Source: Oligoflexia bacterium
GTDB lineage: Bacteria > Bdellovibrionota > UBA1018
Direction: 5' to 3'
Assembly (NCBI GenBank): GCA_963758495.1
Contig: CAVWVI010000004.1
Span: 800,001 to 864,000 of the forward strand
DNA: 64,000 nt
The translations under genes and the position numbers were made by a program. Shown in pieces: positions 9,920 through 21,599 of the stretch (position 1 is its first letter; every line of letters begins with the position of its first letter). Under the pieces are notes generated by a model. The model was not told the DNA's origin and made no database searches. It worked only from the letters and a program-made list of their open reading frames with translations.

Positions 9920-12900
9920 AAAACTCGCACTGAGATGCCGCTTTCCGCTTGTGCTTGCCCTTGTTCTTAAAAATGCCCTAGTCATGGCCCTTGCAACTTG
10001 TGGAATTTACGCTCATCTCAGCGAAGCGAGTATCATTTACACGAGTAATCTCTTTAGTCCGGCAGACCCTTATGGGCTCTCTCCCTATTGGAATTGGAAA
10101 ACAATTGAGAGTGAGCATTTTCGTGTTACTTTTCCTGAAGAACTCAAAGCGGTTGCCAAGAAAGCCACGGGCTATTTAGAAGAAGCTCATAGTCTATTGT
10201 CACCTGTCCTACGTTGGGAACCTCACACTAAAGCTCAAATTCTCTTGATCGATAACCAAGACTTAGCCAACGGGCTGACTTCTCCCATTGGCCGATTTGG
10301 CATTATTTTATGGGTCACTCCGCCTGATAGTTGGGGCAGCACCAACTATTACGACGATTGGCTGCGACTTCTCGTCATTCACGAATATACCCATTTCCTC
10401 AATATGGATACGACGACCAGCTTTTGGGCCTCTCTGCGCCCTATTTTTGGAGATTTGCTTCTTCCTAATTCCGCTTGGCCCCCTTGGATGCTGGAAGGAC
10501 TCGCCGTCTATATGGAGACTCAATTTACAACAGCAGGCCGTGGACGAAGCCCTGATTATGAAATGCTTCTACGCGCCGCCGTGGCAGACAACACGTTGAA
10601 CACTCGGGAGTTCGTTACATTGGATCAGATCAACGGTGATAATCCCTATTTTCCAGGAGGAGATACCCGCTATCAATTCGGATACCAACTGATGAATCAG
10701 GTTTCAAAGGAAGCCCAAGATCCCAAATTTAAACTTTTTCCATTTGACGACTCTGAAGACCATGACCTGAAAAAAAGAGAAGGGACCGAAATTCTCGGAA
10801 TCATGTCCAAACGTTCTGGAGCTAGAATTCCATTTTTTATAAATGGAAATTTAGAAAATATTACAGGAAAAGACTGGTATCAATTCTGGAATGAATGGGT
10901 CGCTGCTACTCAAAAACGCACCAACGAAGAGCTCAAAAGAATTCAATCTCAACCCACCACTCACTTCAAGTTACTCACTGAACAAAATCATCAAATCAGC
11001 AACCAAGTTTTAGGTGTCGCGGCATCTCCCGATGGTAAATGGTTAGCATACACTCAAAGCTCAGCAGATCAGAGACAGGGACTTTTTATTCGAAATATTC
11101 AATCCGGTGAAATCAAAAGAATAGGCGATAAACTTTACGGAATTGGAATGAAATTTACTCCCGACTCAAAAACCCTCATTTACAGTGGGCTCCACAGAAA
11201 ATCTCAGTATTATTTGTATTCAGACCTTGAGACCTATCATCTGGAAAAAAAATCAAAAAAATGGCTCTCGGATGGCCTGAGAGCCCGAGATCCAGACATT
11301 TCAAATTCCGGAAACCGGATCACCTTCACACTCACAGAAACCGCGGTGACAGGCTTAGCTATTGCACCCCTGATCGCCGAGGGGGACAATTACAAGTTAG
11401 GTCCCATTGAAAAGCTGTATATGCCACCTGCCTATGATCTTGTGGGAAATCCTCGTTTTTCTATGGATGGAAGTAAAATTTATTTCTCATTACACCCAAA
11501 CGGAAAATCTCAAGAAGATCTCATGGAATATGACCTAAGATCTCATCAGGTATCCACCCTCATTGCTGACGGAAAATACAATCGTTTTCCAATCGTCATC
11601 AATAATCTTGACGATAATCTCGATGGCCTGGGCGAACTCTACTACATTTCAAACGCTACAGGAGTCGATAATCTGTATCATTATGATGGTTACTCCAATG
11701 ATCATCACGAGGGCGCTCACGCCGAGTCTCATAAAACTGGGCACTTGGTTACAAACATGACTACTGGAATTAATTTCCCTTGTTTTGGACCTTTAAAAAA
11801 TTCCCATGCCATTCTCTATGCTTCCGTTTTCTCTTCAAGTGGATGGGACCTTGCTGAAGTCGAGCTTCTACAGTCCCCCATCGACTCTGCAGCCATCACC
11901 TTAAGTCCACCACCCGCGCCCCCCCTAGACCCTCGGTCGACGCCTCAACCCAACCACAAGGACTACACCGTTCAAGACTACTCTATTTTCCCCAGTATTT
12001 TGCCAAGAGTTTGGAGCCCTCTTCTCGGTATTGATTCCGGTGGGTTTACCGTCGGAGGGGAACTCTTGGGCTTCGATGCAACCAATCAACATCGTTACAT
12101 GTTAGGAGGGACTTATAATACTCAGCTTCAATATGTGGATGGCTTTGCCCTTTATTCAAATCGCTCTTTAGGTCCAGCCATTACATTTTCCTCAGACGTG
12201 CTGACTCAATATTTTAATCGGACTTCCGATTATGTCACCTATTCGCGACAAATGGATCTCTCGACTTCCATTTCCTACCCACTCATACAAACCTATTCAA
12301 CCCTCTCTCCCACGATTGCATTCAATTACCAACAACTCTGGGACTATGTAGCTACTCCAGACTTTTCTCAAAAATTGCTGTATTATACCCAAAGAGCCGC
12401 ATTGAGTATGGACGCCTCTCTGATCTTTAACAATTTAGAAACATCTGACCTTTCAATCTCTCCAGAAGAAGGGACCTATTCTGTACTAGGCGCAAGGTTG
12501 TATTTAAACCTAGATCAACCCATCTGGAAAGCTCTTTGGATCAATCAAGACTATTTCAGAATCGCAAAGCACACCGTCATCAGTCCCAGTTTTAAGGGTT
12601 TGTGGTCTTCTCAGATTTCCCCACAATACTTCTGGGCAAATTCCATTTTAGAAGGTCGAATCCCAAATCAAATCATTGGAGCATTTAATGGCAATGGCTT
12701 TGATCTGCTCTCTCTCCGTGGGTATCCTAACCATTATTATGTTTCCAATGCCGCAACTGTCGCTGCCGTTGATTTAACCTTTCCTCTTGCAAGAATTTTT
12801 GGGGGTTGGGGCACAAATCCCTTCTTTTTAGATAATCTTTACGGGAACGTTTTTGCCGAAGTCGGATACCTCCCTCCTATCGGTTCTCCACTCATCCTTC

Positions 12901-13049
12901 CGTCTGCTGGGGGCGCCATTAGACTCTCTTCAGAAATATTTTTCATCCCTTTAACTTTTTCTGCTGAATATCAATATGGTTTTCGACTGGATCGAGGAGG
13001 AGGGCCGGATTTATTTTTTCAGGTGCTCACTCAAGGATTGAGCTTTTAG
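9912..13049 (+). CDS. Exported protein: gluzincin/peptidase-MA-like domain + TolB/PD40 beta-propeller + Omp85-like barrel
   Basis: WKTIESEHFRV.F, HEYTH..EGLAVY, SPDGKWLAY-type propeller repeats, LRGY barrel motif and C-terminal Phe. Confidence 0.8.
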   Translation: MFKKLALRCRFPLVLALVLKNALVMALATCGIYAHLSEASIIYTSNLFSPADPYGLSPYWNWKTIESEHFRVTFPEELKAVAKKATGYLEEAHSLLSPVLRWEPHTKAQILLIDNQDLANGLTSPIGRFGIILWVTPPDSWGSTNYYDDWLRLLVIHEYTHFLNMDTTTSFWASLRPIFGDLLLPNSAWPPWMLEGLAVYMETQFTTAGRGRSPDYEMLLRAAVADNTLNTREFVTLDQINGDNPYFPGGDTRYQFGYQLMNQVSKEAQDPKFKLFPFDDSEDHDLKKREGTEILGIMSKRSGARIPFFINGNLENITGKDWYQFWNEWVAATQKRTNEELKRIQSQPTTHFKLLTEQNHQISNQVLGVAASPDGKWLAYTQSSADQRQGLFIRNIQSGEIKRIGDKLYGIGMKFTPDSKTLIYSGLHRKSQYYLYSDLETYHLEKKSKKWLSDGLRARDPDISNSGNRITFTLTETAVTGLAIAPLIAEGDNYKLGPIEKLYMPPAYDLVGNPRFSMDGSKIYFSLHPNGKSQEDLMEYDLRSHQVSTLIADGKYNRFPIVINNLDDNLDGLGELYYISNATGVDNLYHYDGYSNDHHEGAHAESHKTGHLVTNMTTGINFPCFGPLKNSHAILYASVFSSSGWDLAEVELLQSPIDSAAITLSPPPAPPLDPRSTPQPNHKDYTVQDYSIFPSILPRVWSPLLGIDSGGFTVGGELLGFDATNQHRYMLGGTYNTQLQYVDGFALYSNRSLGPAITFSSDVLTQYFNRTSDYVTYSRQMDLSTSISYPLIQTYSTLSPTIAFNYQQLWDYVATPDFSQKLLYYTQRAALSMDASLIFNNLETSDLSISPEEGTYSVLGARLYLNLDQPIWKALWINQDYFRIAKHTVISPSFKGLWSSQISPQYFWANSILEGRIPNQIIGAFNGNGFDLLSLRGYPNHYYVSNAATVAAVDLTFPLARIFGGWGTNPFFLDNLYGNVFAEVGYLPPIGSPLILPSAGGAIRLSSEIFFIPLTFSAEYQYGFRLDRGGGPDLFFQVLTQGLSF

Positions 13050-13119
13050 CCCCATACAAATTTCTCTTGCCCACTTGATATGAAAACTATAGTAGAGGAC
13101 CCCATGAGCGAGGGGTACT

Positions 13120-14439
13120 ATGAAAAAGTTAATGGTAACTTTCTTGGCATTATTTTACTGTATTTCTGGGCACTCCGCGGAACCGGATTACATGGAACTT
13201 ATGGGTGCCATTTCAAACTCTGAGCTACCTAAGATCAAACATCTTCTTAATGATCCAGAGAGGCGAACAAAGATCGCTTTTCAAGAACAGACTCGCTCCG
13301 GAAACACCCCTCTGACTCTTGCTGTATTTAAGGGAAATTTAAGCATGGTCCGTATAATTTTAGAACATGCGTCTGATTCTGATTCTCAAAAAATGAGAGA
13401 TGGCTCTACTCCCCTCATGATTGCGGCGGGTAAAGGGGATATTGCTATTGTAAAATTTTTACTATTCAAAGGAGCTGATCCAAGCTTGAAGAGAAAATCA
13501 GATCAAGTCACTCCTTTCTTTCTCGCCTCCCAAGAAGGACATCAGGAGGTGATTGAAGAATTTTTCAAATCAAATCATTTTAACTACAAGACAGAAATAC
13601 AAACGGCGATTTCAAAAGGGAGGCATGATCTTGCACATGATTTGCTCGAAATTCACTCACAAGATAGCAGGTTTAAAAAATATGAGAATCCTCCCGAATC
13701 TTATCCCCTGAACTCAGCGCTACACTCGATGGCGACTCTCTTTGATTCAGTATGTTCGATTTGCACCGAAGCAGCAGGCACGACTTCGGGAATGAGTCGC
13801 GTGGATGGCAAAGAAAAACGTGGAGTGGCCCAAGTCACTCAGTGTGGTCACTGTTTCTGCAAAGCCTGTCTAGATAAGCATTTTACTGTAAGAAATGCCA
13901 GAGACCTCACTTTAAATTGTCCTAATTGCAGAGCCAGTCTCTCAAAGAAAAAGATTCTTTTGGTAAGACTTGAAGGAGAGAAAGCTGCTGAAAATCAACC
14001 CAAAATCCCAGTTCCTGGGCATGACGAGCCCGCGCTTACCCAGCCGATCCGCGTCATGGAAAATGATCCACGAATAACCCGTAATTTTGCTGCACTGGGA
14101 GATATGTATCAGGTAGGGAATGTGATTTGGAGTGGGATGCTGAAGGGACGAAATATCTTCTTCATGAAAGCTAATTGGTATATGAATCAATTGGATGCAG
14201 CAGAGTATTGTGATTACGTGGATCAATATGCGAGACTCCCTACTTTGGAAGAGTATGACGATCTAGCGAGCGCTATGGGGAAGGGTAAACCAGAGGGCTA
14301 CAATTCTCATTTACTTCCTGACATGGACTATTTCTTTTGGTCAATGTCATCGGGTTTTTTCTTCTCTGGCTCTTCTGGAGAGACTCAATACTCTCCTCGA
14401 GAGAACGACTTTGCAGTCCGTTGTGTCATGCCCATTTAG
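13120..14439 (+). CDS. Secreted ankyrin-repeat + C3HC4 RING finger + DUF1566/Lcl-like (C-type lectin fold) protein
   Basis: Signal peptide; GNTPL, GSTPL and VTPF ankyrin repeats; CSIC..CGHCFCKAC..CPNC; C-terminal AAEYC..ARLPTLEE..FWS..AVRCV. RBS GAGGGG. Confidence 0.85.
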   Translation: MKKLMVTFLALFYCISGHSAEPDYMELMGAISNSELPKIKHLLNDPERRTKIAFQEQTRSGNTPLTLAVFKGNLSMVRIILEHASDSDSQKMRDGSTPLMIAAGKGDIAIVKFLLFKGADPSLKRKSDQVTPFFLASQEGHQEVIEEFFKSNHFNYKTEIQTAISKGRHDLAHDLLEIHSQDSRFKKYENPPESYPLNSALHSMATLFDSVCSICTEAAGTTSGMSRVDGKEKRGVAQVTQCGHCFCKACLDKHFTVRNARDLTLNCPNCRASLSKKKILLVRLEGEKAAENQPKIPVPGHDEPALTQPIRVMENDPRITRNFAALGDMYQVGNVIWSGMLKGRNIFFMKANWYMNQLDAAEYCDYVDQYARLPTLEEYDDLASAMGKGKPEGYNSHLLPDMDYFFWSMSSGFFFSGSSGETQYSPRENDFAVRCVMPI

Positions 14440-14640
14440 CGGGAATAAACATTAAATCCCAAAAAATCCGGTGACAACTACAGGATTTTGACTATCAAGT
14501 CACTGCATTCTTGGATAATAGGGCCTTTAATGCTAAACTTTTTATTGTCTATAAAGGTCTTGACGTCCGCCATTCTACGGGCCTAAAAAGTATCCAATAC
14601 CGTAGAAGCAGTGCGACAATTTTAAAGGAGAGGACGTTCG

Positions 14641-17487
14641 TTGGAAAAGTTCAGCTATTTAAAAAGTACAAATGCGGGCTATATTGAAGAGCTTTTCACG
14701 CTCTACACCCAAAACCCTCAATCTGTTGATCCTTCATGGCGCTATTTTTTTGAGGGCCTTGAATTAGGCACAGAATTACCAAAATTAAATGATGAGCCGG
14801 GTGTTTCCCAAACTCCTCTTCCAAACGGGCATGCTGGACCTCCTACACCCTCAATCCCCGTAGCATTGGCAACAACAGCAACAACTCCCATTGATTTTAG
14901 TGCAGAAGCTAAAGTTGCAGCTCTCATTACGGCCTACCGCGAACTGGGAAGGTTACTTGCCAATATTGATCCACTATCTCCTACCCCCAGCTCTCATCCT
15001 CTTCTAGAGCTTTCTCACTATGGACTCACAGATGCTGACCTCTCTAAAACATTTACAGCAGGTCGTCTGATTGGCATGAGTTCCGCCAAACTCAGTGACA
15101 TTGTGACCCAACTTCGCGAAACTTATTGTGGCTCTATCGGTGTTGAGTTTACGCATATTTCAGATCCAGCAGAACGTAAGTGGCTTCAAGAAAAAATGGA
15201 AACTTCTCGTAATCGAGAACTGCTGAATCCAACCCTTCAAAAATACATATTGCGTCGCCTCACCGAAAGCGAAACCTTTGAACGGTTTCTTCATACCCGT
15301 TATGTCGCTCAAAAACGATTTTCAATAGAAGGTGCCGAAGGGATGATCCCCGCCCTCGATTGCATGATTGAAGTCGGAGCAGAGCTGGGAGCACAGGAGT
15401 TCGTCTTAGGAATGGCCCATCGAGGCCGCTTAAACGTACTGACCAATATTTTTGGTAAAAAACCTGAATATATTTTTACAGAATTTGAAGGCGTTTACAA
15501 AGCAGACACCTCATTAGGAGAAGGTGACGTCAAGTACCACATGGGGTTTTCTGCCGATATGAATACCGCCAGAGGCAAAAAAGTTCATCTTTCACTTGGC
15601 TCTAATCCTAGCCATCTAGAGTTCATTAATCCGGTAATTGAAGGCATTGCCCGTGCAAAACAGGAGCGATTGAACGATACAGACAGAAGCAAAGTCATTC
15701 CGATTGCAATTCATGGAGATGCCGCTTTTGCAGGACAAGGGGTATGCTACGAGACACTCAATCTTTCCCAGTTGGCTGGCTATCGTACGGGTGGCACTTT
15801 ACATATCGTGATTAACAACCAAATTGGATTCACTTCCATTCCAGAGGAAGATCGATCCACTACCTACTCTACCGATTTAGCGAAGATGCTGGAAGTTCCC
15901 ATCTTTCATGTCAACGGAGATGATCCTGAAGCTCTTTGGTATGTTTCCAAACTGTGTGTAGAATATAGACAGAAATTCAAAAAAGATGTCTTTATCGATC
16001 TCATTTGCTACAGAAAACACGGGCATAACGAAGGTGATGAGCCTTCTTTCACCTCTCCGATTCTTTATAAGAAAATTAAAGCACATTCCTCACCTCGTGA
16101 AATTTACGCGGAACGACTGACTTTTTCAAAAATCATCAGTTCCGAAGAAGTTCAAAAATATGTTGAAGAAAACATGGCCAGACTCAGCGCGGCGCAAGTA
16201 CGAACCCGTGCCGAGTCTCCAAAACCCCCCATATCTGTATTTGAAGGTGCCTGGAAGAATCTACGTCGCTCCTTAGAAAAGGATTTTGCCACTGAAGTTA
16301 AAACTTCGGTTTCAGCAGCGATTTTGAAAGAAATAGCTGGGAAGCTCAATAAATTTCCAGGCAGCTTCCATTTACATCCAAAACTGGCTCGTATTTTCGA
16401 AAATCGCTTAAAAGCGGTTGAAGAAGGTACAGGAATTGATTGGGGCAATGGAGAAGCCCTCGCTTTCGGCTCTCTTTTGAATGAAGGCTACCCAGTCCGG
16501 CTTTCAGGCCAAGACGTAGAAAGAGGAACGTTTAGTCATCGTCACTCTGTAGTTCATGACTTTGAAAACGGCGATCTTTATGTTCCTTTAAATCACATTC
16601 GCAAGGACCAAGCTCATTTTGATGTTCATAATAGCCACCTTTCTGAAACAGGCGTTCTTGGTTTTGAATATGGTTATTCCTTAGCTGACCCCGATACTCT
16701 CGTGATTTGGGAAGCTCAATTTGGAGACTTTGCGAACGGAGCCCAAGTCATCATCGATCAGTTCATTGCGTCTTCAGAATCTAAATGGCAGCGAATGAGC
16801 GGACTCACTTTACTTTTGCCTCATGGCTTTGAGGGACAAGGACCTGAACACTCGAGCGCAAGACTTGAAAGATTTTTAAATTTATGCGGCAAAAATAATA
16901 TAGCAGTCTGTAACCTCAGCACTCCCGCACAACTTTTTCATGGCCTACGAAGACAATTAAAACGGGAATTCCGAAAACCGCTCGTGATCATGTCTCCAAA
17001 AATGCTCCTGCGTCATCCTATGGCTATTTCTCGCCTTCAGGACTTTTCGGAAGGTTCCTTTCAAGAGGTTCTAGACGATCCAGAAGTCATCGCCAAAAAG
17101 AAGTTCGATTCGATTAAAAAAATTATTTTGTGTAGCGGTAAAATTTATTACGAACTCATTGCTGAACGGGCTGCCAAGAAACGAGAAGGAATTGCGATCA
17201 TTCGCATTGAACAACTCTATCCATGGCCAGGCGCTCAGCTTGCTGAGATCTTAAATCGATATAAAAATGCTCCGACTCTCATCTGGGCTCAGGAAGAACC
17301 TAGAAATATGGGTGCTTGGAGTTTCATTTTTAATACTTGGAGTGGTGGATACGACCTCTTTCAAGAGAAAGTCGGAAATCGACCTATTTCTTATGTGGGC
17401 CGTACGATTGGCGCAGCTCCTGCTGTAGGCTCGCATATCATTCACGAAACTGAACAAGAATCCCTCATCAAAAAGGCTCTCGAATGA
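14641..17487 (+). CDS. sucA: 2-oxoglutarate dehydrogenase E1
   Basis: [25 protein letters not shown] and [11 protein letters not shown] start after AAAGGAGAGG. Confidence 0.98.
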   Translation: MEKFSYLKSTNAGYIEELFTLYTQNPQSVDPSWRYFFEGLELGTELPKLNDEPGVSQTPLPNGHAGPPTPSIPVALATTATTPIDFSAEAKVAALITAYRELGRLLANIDPLSPTPSSHPLLELSHYGLTDADLSKTFTAGRLIGMSSAKLSDIVTQLRETYCGSIGVEFTHISDPAERKWLQEKMETSRNRELLNPTLQKYILRRLTESETFERFLHTRYVAQKRFSIEGAEGMIPALDCMIEVGAELGAQEFVLGMAHRGRLNVLTNIFGKKPEYIFTEFEGVYKADTSLGEGDVKYHMGFSADMNTARGKKVHLSLGSNPSHLEFINPVIEGIARAKQERLNDTDRSKVIPIAIHGDAAFAGQGVCYETLNLSQLAGYRTGGTLHIVINNQIGFTSIPEEDRSTTYSTDLAKMLEVPIFHVNGDDPEALWYVSKLCVEYRQKFKKDVFIDLICYRKHGHNEGDEPSFTSPILYKKIKAHSSPREIYAERLTFSKIISSEEVQKYVEENMARLSAAQVRTRAESPKPPISVFEGAWKNLRRSLEKDFATEVKTSVSAAILKEIAGKLNKFPGSFHLHPKLARIFENRLKAVEEGTGIDWGNGEALAFGSLLNEGYPVRLSGQDVERGTFSHRHSVVHDFENGDLYVPLNHIRKDQAHFDVHNSHLSETGVLGFEYGYSLADPDTLVIWEAQFGDFANGAQVIIDQFIASSESKWQRMSGLTLLLPHGFEGQGPEHSSARLERFLNLCGKNNIAVCNLSTPAQLFHGLRRQLKREFRKPLVIMSPKMLLRHPMAISRLQDFSEGSFQEVLDDPEVIAKKKFDSIKKIILCSGKIYYELIAERAAKKREGIAIIRIEQLYPWPGAQLAEILNRYKNAPTLIWAQEEPRNMGAWSFIFNTWSGGYDLFQEKVGNRPISYVGRTIGAAPAVGSHIIHETEQESLIKKALE

Positions 17488-18683
17488 AACACAATATCAT
17501 TGCTCCCAGCGTAGGCGAATCCATAACAGAAGTAAGTATTTTAAAGTGGACAAAGAAATCCGGACAAGCAGTTAAATCAGGGGATTTATTACTGGAAATT
17601 GAATCGGATAAAGCCACTGTTGAAATCGTCGCCGAATTCTCAGGCGCTCTTACGATACTCAAATCTGATGGTGAACGCATCCCTGTAGGTGAAATTATCG
17701 GCATGATTGACGATGCTGAAAAAGGGACGGTCGCAGCAACCACTCCTGTTGCAACTCCGACTCCTGTCGCCTCTCCTCATTCAGCTGCGCCCAGTATGGG
17801 ACCTGCAGCACGTAAACTCGTAGCTGAAAAAGGCGTGGATGCTAGCCAAATTGCCGGCACGGGTAAAGATGGCCGTGTCACTAAAGGTGACGTGCTTGGG
17901 CAAACCTCTCAACCACAACCGGTGTCAACATCCCGTCCTGTAGCACCTAGCCCAATACCTGTGGCAACACCCATTCCCCTACGAGAGGGGGATCGTCGAG
18001 TTCCAATGTCTAATCTCAGGGCTCGAATTGCAGAGAGATTAGTGCAAGCTCAGCATACGGCTGCAATTCTCACAACCTTCAATGAGGCAGATATGGGCCC
18101 CATTATGAAGGTACGAAATCAGCATAAGGATGCATTTAAAGCAAAACACGGTGTATCTCTGGGTTTTATGTCTTTTTTCACTCGAGCCTCAATTGAAGCC
18201 CTCAAACTCGTTCCTGAAGTGAATGCTTCTATCGATGGTAGAGATGTCATTTATCATGATTACTTTGATATCGGGATCGCTGTGGGCAGCCCTCGTGGTC
18301 TTGTCGTACCCGTTCTCCGAAATGCTGAAAAATTAGGCTTTGTGGAAATCGAAAAAAATATTGCAGCGCTTGCCATTAAAGCGCGCGATGGGAAACTTTC
18401 TATTGCGGATATGTCGGGTGGCACTTTTACGATTTCAAATGGAGGCGTCTATGGATCTCTCCTGTCCACACCGATCCTCAATCCTCCTCAAAGTGGCATT
18501 TTAGGAATGCATAAAATTCAAGAACGCCCCATGGCGATTGAAGGTAAAGTTGAAATTCGTCAAATGATGTACTTAGCGCTTTCCTACGACCATCGACTCA
18601 TCGACGGAAAAGGTGCTGTTACTTTCTTGGTAATGCTTAAAGACTTCTTAGAACATCCTGAAAAACTCGGATTGGACTTTTAA
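17484..18683 (+). CDS. sucB: Dihydrolipoamide succinyltransferase E2
   Basis: Lipoyl motif [19 protein letters not shown] and YDHRLIDG. Confidence 0.98.
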   Translation: MKHNIIAPSVGESITEVSILKWTKKSGQAVKSGDLLLEIESDKATVEIVAEFSGALTILKSDGERIPVGEIIGMIDDAEKGTVAATTPVATPTPVASPHSAAPSMGPAARKLVAEKGVDASQIAGTGKDGRVTKGDVLGQTSQPQPVSTSRPVAPSPIPVATPIPLREGDRRVPMSNLRARIAERLVQAQHTAAILTTFNEADMGPIMKVRNQHKDAFKAKHGVSLGFMSFFTRASIEALKLVPEVNASIDGRDVIYHDYFDIGIAVGSPRGLVVPVLRNAEKLGFVEIEKNIAALAIKARDGKLSIADMSGGTFTISNGGVYGSLLSTPILNPPQSGILGMHKIQERPMAIEGKVEIRQMMYLALSYDHRLIDGKGAVTFLVMLKDFLEHPEKLGLDF

Positions 18684-18685
18684 TC

Positions 18686-20104
18686 ATGGCAACAGAAAAT
18701 TTTGATTTAGTTGTGATTGGTGGTGGCCCTGCTGGATATGTAGCTGCAATTCGTGCAGCCCAACTGGGCATGAAAACGGCTTGTGTCGAGAAAAGAAAAA
18801 CCTTTGGCGGCACTTGCTTAAATGTAGGCTGCATCCCGTCTAAAGCCCTCTTGGATTCGAGCGAACACTATTATCAAGCTAAGAATAAATTACAAAAGCA
18901 CGGAATCCTTGTAGGAGACCTGAAACTTGATTTAGCTCAGATGATGAAACGCAAAGACGGAGTGGTTCGCCAGCTTGTGAACGGCGTCGCTTCGCTCTTT
19001 AAGAAAAACAAGGTGGAAGGTATTATCGGCGCAGGCAAGCTCTTGGCTGGAACAGGCCCTGAGCGACTTGTCGAAGTTACCACTGAAGCAGGAATACGAA
19101 CGCTCAGTGCTTCTAAAGTCCTCCTGGCCACTGGCAGTGAACCTACCAGCCTTCCCTTCCTTCCTTTTGATGGAAAACAAATTCTCAGTTCTACTGAAAT
19201 TCTCGAACTCACAGAAGTTCCTCAGCATTTAGTCGTCATTGGCGGAGGCGTGATTGGCCTAGAAATGGGCTCAGTTTGGCTTAGATTAGGAGCAAAGGTA
19301 ACCGTAGTTGAATTCTTAGACCATATCTGCGGTAACTCAGATAAGCAGGCGTCCAATGAACTTTATAAAGCCTTAACAAAACAAGGTATGGAGTTCAAAC
19401 TGGCTACCAAATGCACCGGTGCCACTCAAAATGGCAAGTGGATGGTAGTCCAAACTGAAGACCTTGCAACACAGACAAAGGGTCAACTCGAGTGCGATAA
19501 GATTTTAGTCGCCACAGGACGTCGCCCTTATTCCAATGGACTTGGATTAGAAGCTTTAGGAATTAAAACAGACAAAGCAGGTCGAGTAGAAGTGGATCAG
19601 CATTACCAGACTGCTGCTCCTGGCATTTACGCGGTTGGAGATCTGATCACAGGCCCGATGCTTGCCCATAAAGCAGAAGAAGAGGGAATTGCCGCGGTAG
19701 AAATTATGGCGGGACAAGCAGGCCATGTCAATTACGAGGCAATTCCAAATGTAATTTACACCTGGCCTGAGCTCGCCACAGTGGGTTATTCTGAAGAAGA
19801 ACTCCAAGCTAAAGGTGTTGAATATAAAGTCGGCAGTTTTCCATTTATGGCCAATGGCCGCGCCAAAGCCATGGAAGAAACAGAAGGTTTTGTTAAAATC
19901 CTTTCCGACAAAAAAACGGATCGTCTCTTAGGGATGCATATCATAGGTCCATGGGCCAGCGATCTCATCAGCGAAGCCGTATCTGTGATTGAATTTGGAG
20001 GCAGCGCCGAAGACATTGCTCGAACCTGCCACGCCCACCCTACTCTTTCAGAAGTGGTGAAAGAAGCTGCGATGGCTGTCGATAAAAGACAAATTCATAT
20101 GTAA
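18686..20104 (+). CDS. lpdA: Dihydrolipoyl dehydrogenase E3
   Basis: GGGPAGY, GGTCLNVGCIPSK and HAHPTLSE. Confidence 0.98.
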   Translation: MATENFDLVVIGGGPAGYVAAIRAAQLGMKTACVEKRKTFGGTCLNVGCIPSKALLDSSEHYYQAKNKLQKHGILVGDLKLDLAQMMKRKDGVVRQLVNGVASLFKKNKVEGIIGAGKLLAGTGPERLVEVTTEAGIRTLSASKVLLATGSEPTSLPFLPFDGKQILSSTEILELTEVPQHLVVIGGGVIGLEMGSVWLRLGAKVTVVEFLDHICGNSDKQASNELYKALTKQGMEFKLATKCTGATQNGKWMVVQTEDLATQTKGQLECDKILVATGRRPYSNGLGLEALGIKTDKAGRVEVDQHYQTAAPGIYAVGDLITGPMLAHKAEEEGIAAVEIMAGQAGHVNYEAIPNVIYTWPELATVGYSEEELQAKGVEYKVGSFPFMANGRAKAMEETEGFVKILSDKKTDRLLGMHIIGPWASDLISEAVSVIEFGGSAEDIARTCHAHPTLSEVVKEAAMAVDKRQIHM

Positions 20105-20243
20105 TTGTGTTTGTAATAATGTTCCACACTATTGAGCGAATCTTTTTTGGAATTTAATTAAACAAAATAAATTAACACTACCTGACTAAATTTATTGCCT
20201 TTTATCCTATCTTGATATAGAGTCTCCGCCCAGGTATTTTATT

Positions 20244-21263
20244 ATGAAATTTTTTATACTATTTTTAAATATTTTTATTTTCTTCTTTCATTTAGAAAGC
20301 CATGCATCTTATCGCTGTTTTACAGATCAAAAAAATGGGCAGATTTATCTTGAAAATGACTCAACTGAGTCAGAATCTGTTCAAAACTTAAGTGAGAATG
20401 ATCGCCTTGAACTCAATAAATTTACTGATTTTTTAATAGAAAGAATACCTTCACATTTTCACCTCTACACTAGAAATTGGGTTACTCAACAAATTGTTTT
20501 CTATCTGAATATCAATCACAAGATCTCTTTGACTGATGCCGATGAACTACTCAAAAATACTATAAAAGAGACCATGTGGAAAGGCGTGAGGGGCAGCATT
20601 ATTTTAAGTATCCTCACCCTCTGGACTTATGGAGCCTATGAGCTAACTTCAGTAGTACCTATCTATTTTCAACCCGTAATCTTACCTGTTTCATTAGTCA
20701 CTTCAATCGGCCTTCTAAATGCCTACACTGGTGCTCACATTAATAAGCTCTACCAACTGATCAATCATATTGGGAAAGTAAAAAATCCGATTCCCAATAC
20801 TACCTCATTTTCTTTGAATACTTTATTTTCAAAAACTAGCGAAACCTACGACTCCTCTCAAATACAGGCGCGCAAAGCCTTGACCTTGGCCTGCGATTCC
20901 ATTGAGCTTCAATTGAATGGTTTAAATACAGACCTTCAAATACTTTCACAAACAGAGAGGCGACCCTTTTTACTGAAGCGTTTGTCAGAAATTGTATTTA
21001 AATTTCAGGAATGCTTTCAAGATGTAGGCCCATTTCGCCTTGCTATACGCGAACCCGTAAAAACTCGTCTATCGATTTATAAGAATTTTTTGACCTCGAA
21101 TTCCATAGATGAAATTCTTGAGCTCATCCCTGCAGAATACCGCACAGAAGATCAACTCAATGCTTACCGAGAAATTTTAGAAGCTTGGCTACCTGCCGCT
21201 CAAGCGATCTTAAACGAAGCGGATCCCTCCATAATGGAATCAGTGGTGATACATACTGAATAA
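20244..21263 (+). CDS. Hypothetical exported/membrane protein
   Basis: 339-aa ORF with a signal peptide (MKFFILF..SHA) and two internal hydrophobic segments. No recognised domain. Confidence 0.7.
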   Translation: MKFFILFLNIFIFFFHLESHASYRCFTDQKNGQIYLENDSTESESVQNLSENDRLELNKFTDFLIERIPSHFHLYTRNWVTQQIVFYLNINHKISLTDADELLKNTIKETMWKGVRGSIILSILTLWTYGAYELTSVVPIYFQPVILPVSLVTSIGLLNAYTGAHINKLYQLINHIGKVKNPIPNTTSFSLNTLFSKTSETYDSSQIQARKALTLACDSIELQLNGLNTDLQILSQTERRPFLLKRLSEIVFKFQECFQDVGPFRLAIREPVKTRLSIYKNFLTSNSIDEILELIPAEYRTEDQLNAYREILEAWLPAAQAILNEADPSIMESVVIHTE

Positions 21264-21599
21264 ATTTTTCTTACAAAAACATTGCCCCGACGAATACCTC
21301 TTACCTCACTGCATCAAGTCATCGATTCATACCTTCAAATGAAAGACTGGGACAACAAGACGAAAGTTATGATAAAGTAAGCCTTGATAAGATGAAAAAA
21401 AAGGAACGTAAAATTTCAAAATCGATTCGAGTAGTGGATCAGAACCTAGTTTTAGAGTTAGTGGCGCAGCGTGGATATTTTAGAAGGCCACATATTGAGT
21501 CTTTTAATACAGTATTAATTAGAAAATTGGGCCTGAACAATGCTCGCAAATCTCGAAAAACTAATTGAACTAAATATTAATCATTAAAGAACTCAAACA

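Noticed and set aside
14742..20016. Numerous short antisense or alternate-frame ORFs in the track (here and elsewhere)
   Set aside because: They are shadows of well-supported genes and have no recognisable motifs.
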